54,187 nt of DNA from the NCBI GenBank assembly GCA_964476895.1, contig CAYZCS010000002.1, positions 1 through 54,187 of the forward strand. Direction: 5' to 3'. How positions within the stretch are numbered: the first letter of the stretch is position 1; the number at the start of each line of letters is the position of its first letter. A program made the translations under genes and the position numbers. A model generated the notes under the pieces. It worked only from the letters and a program-made list of their open reading frames with translations, was not told where the DNA came from and did not search any database. Of the stretch, positions 53,127-54,187 are shown piece after piece. The DNA is from an uncultured Candidatus Saccharibacteria bacterium (GTDB lineage Bacteria; Patescibacteriota; SICC01).

Positions 53127-54187
53127 TTACCGGCGGGGTCCGCGCGGACCGCGACGATCACCGCGGCCGCCGCCGGGACCGCCGCTGCCGCGGGCCTGCC
53201 GGACCTCGTCCGCCGCCGTGGCGGCGTCGCTTCCGTTCTTCGCGGCCTTGATCGAGAGGTTGTTACGGCCCTGCGAGTCGACTTCGATCACCATCACCTT
53301 CGTTTCGTCGCCGACCGAGAGCACGTCTTCCACGGCCCCGATCCGTTCGTCCGCGATCTGGGAGATGTGGACCATGCCTTCCTTGCCGGGCATGAACTCG
53401 ACGAACGCGCCGAACGGCATCAGCTTGGTGACCTTGCCGTCGTAGACCTTGCCGACTTCCGGCTCGGCCGTGAGTGCCTCGATCCATTCCTTCGCCTTCG
53501 TGGCGCCCTCGCCGTCGATCGAACCGATCATCACGGTCCCGTCGTCCTCGAGGTCGATGGTCACGCCGGTCGCCTGGGTGATCTCGTTGATCGTCTTGCC
53601 GCCCGGGCCGATCACGATCCGGATCTTCTCCGGGTCGATCTTCATGGTGGTGATCCGCGGTGCGTGCGGCGCCATTTCCTTCCGCGGCTCGGGGATCGTC
53701 TCCAGCATCTTCTCCATGATCTCCAGCCGTGCGGTCTTGGCCTGCGCCAGCGCCTGGTCCATCACGTCCAGCGGAATGCCCCAGACCTTCATGTCCATCT
53801 GGAGCGCGGTGATACCGTCCTTGGTACCCGCGACCTTGAAGTCCATGTCGCCGGCGAAGTCTTCGGCGCCCTGGATGTCGGTGAGTACCTTGGTAGTGTC
53901 GCCGTCGGTGACGAGGCCCATCGCGATGCCGGAGACCGGCTTCTTGATCGGCACGCCCGCGTCCATCAGGGAGAGCGTGGAGCCGCAGACCGACGCCATC
54001 GAGGTGGAGCCGTTCGAGGCGAGGATCTCACTGACCAGCCGCATCGTATACGGGAAGTCTTCCTGCTCCGGGATCATCGGGAGCAGCGCCCGTTCGGCCA
54101 GCGAACCGTGGCCGATCTCCCGGCGGCCGGGGCCGCGGACGGGACGCGCTTCGCCCACCGAGAACGGCGGGAAGTTGTAGTGGTGCA
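53127..54187 (-). CDS. pnp: polyribonucleotide nucleotidyltransferase (PNPase), C-terminal part, 5' end outside the window
   Basis: The second RNase PH domain ([38 protein letters not shown]), KH, S1 ([15 protein letters not shown]) and an RGG-rich tail are present. The frame stays open to the window edge. Confidence 0.95.
   Translation of the reverse strand, partial: HHYNFPPFSVGEARPVRGPGRREIGHGSLAERALLPMIPEQEDFPYTMRLVSEILASNGSTSMASVCGSTLSLMDAGVPIKKPVSGIAMGLVTDGDTTKVLTDIQGAEDFAGDMDFKVAGTKDGITALQMDMKVWGIPLDVMDQALAQAKTARLEIMEKMLETIPEPRKEMAPHAPRITTMKIDPEKIRIVIGPGGKTINEITQATGVTIDLEDDGTVMIGSIDGEGATKAKEWIEALTAEPEVGKVYDGKVTKLMPFGAFVEFMPGKEGMVHISQIADERIGAVEDVLSVGDETKVMVIEVDSQGRNNLSIKAAKNGSDAATAADEVRQARGSGGPGGGRGDRRGPRGPRR

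Noticed and set aside
1-54187. CRISPR arrays, rRNA genes, IS elements/transposases, integrases, reverse transcriptases
   Set aside because: Reading both strands showed no regularly spaced direct repeats. No ORF carries DDE, tyrosine/serine recombinase or RT (YxDD) motifs.
1-54187. Alternative genetic code (UGA as sense), as in some candidate-phyla lineages
   Set aside because: TGA functions as the stop in many ATGA/TGATG operon junctions, for example at 6290, 11523, 20115 and 22483. Well-conserved proteins end at the expected lengths.

Overview
Gene-dense, high-G+C bacterial chromosomal window with many 1-4 nt start/stop overlaps (ATGA, TGATG), so most genes lie in tightly coupled operons.

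Most content is housekeeping:
- murD chained to a MacB-type ABC exporter
- pilN-pilO, yebC-ruvC and ruvA-ruvB
- a sugar-nucleotide/glycosyltransferase cluster: galT, GT2, GT4, an SPS-like GT4 and a TreT-like trehalose synthase
- an hrcA-grpE-dnaK ... dnaJ heat-shock operon with a perfect CIRCE operator
- lepA and a four-gene type IV pseudopilin operon
- RNase J, family-4 UDG, a DsbA/DsbB-like pair, nfo, the 3' part of pnp, and one tRNA-Lys(UUU)

The small proteins, a four-helix-bundle 23S-IVS-family protein, secreted peptidoglycan hydrolases and pilus parts without the rest of the machinery fit a streamlined, possibly CPR/Patescibacteria-like organism. That placement is inference only.

The clear accessory region is a visibly AT-richer island at about 22.1-25.3 kb. 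It has no integrase and holds my best candidate for an undescribed system. An XRE repressor plus ImmA/IrrE (COG2856) metallopeptidase pair faces, back to back, a two-gene cassette. The cassette encodes a 122-aa minimal PD-(D/E)xK nuclease-like protein and an 83-aa Cys/His-containing partner. Imperfect ~40-bp repeats bracket the module, and a degenerate methyltransferase-like gene with a second XRE regulator follows it.

Other notable items:
- a 1231-aa secreted S8 protease / 3x Ig-like repeat / SpoIID fusion, whose repeat module also occurs on an M23 peptidase
- a dnaK operon interrupted by lipoprotein, folE, 2OG-oxygenase-like and membrane J-protein genes
- a folE whose conserved N-terminus lies upstream of any canonical start codon
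- a 606-aa PilX-like beta-helix pseudopilin

No CRISPR array, rRNA, transposase or integrase was seen. Many long ORFs in the track are antisense shadows typical of high-G+C DNA and were not called.
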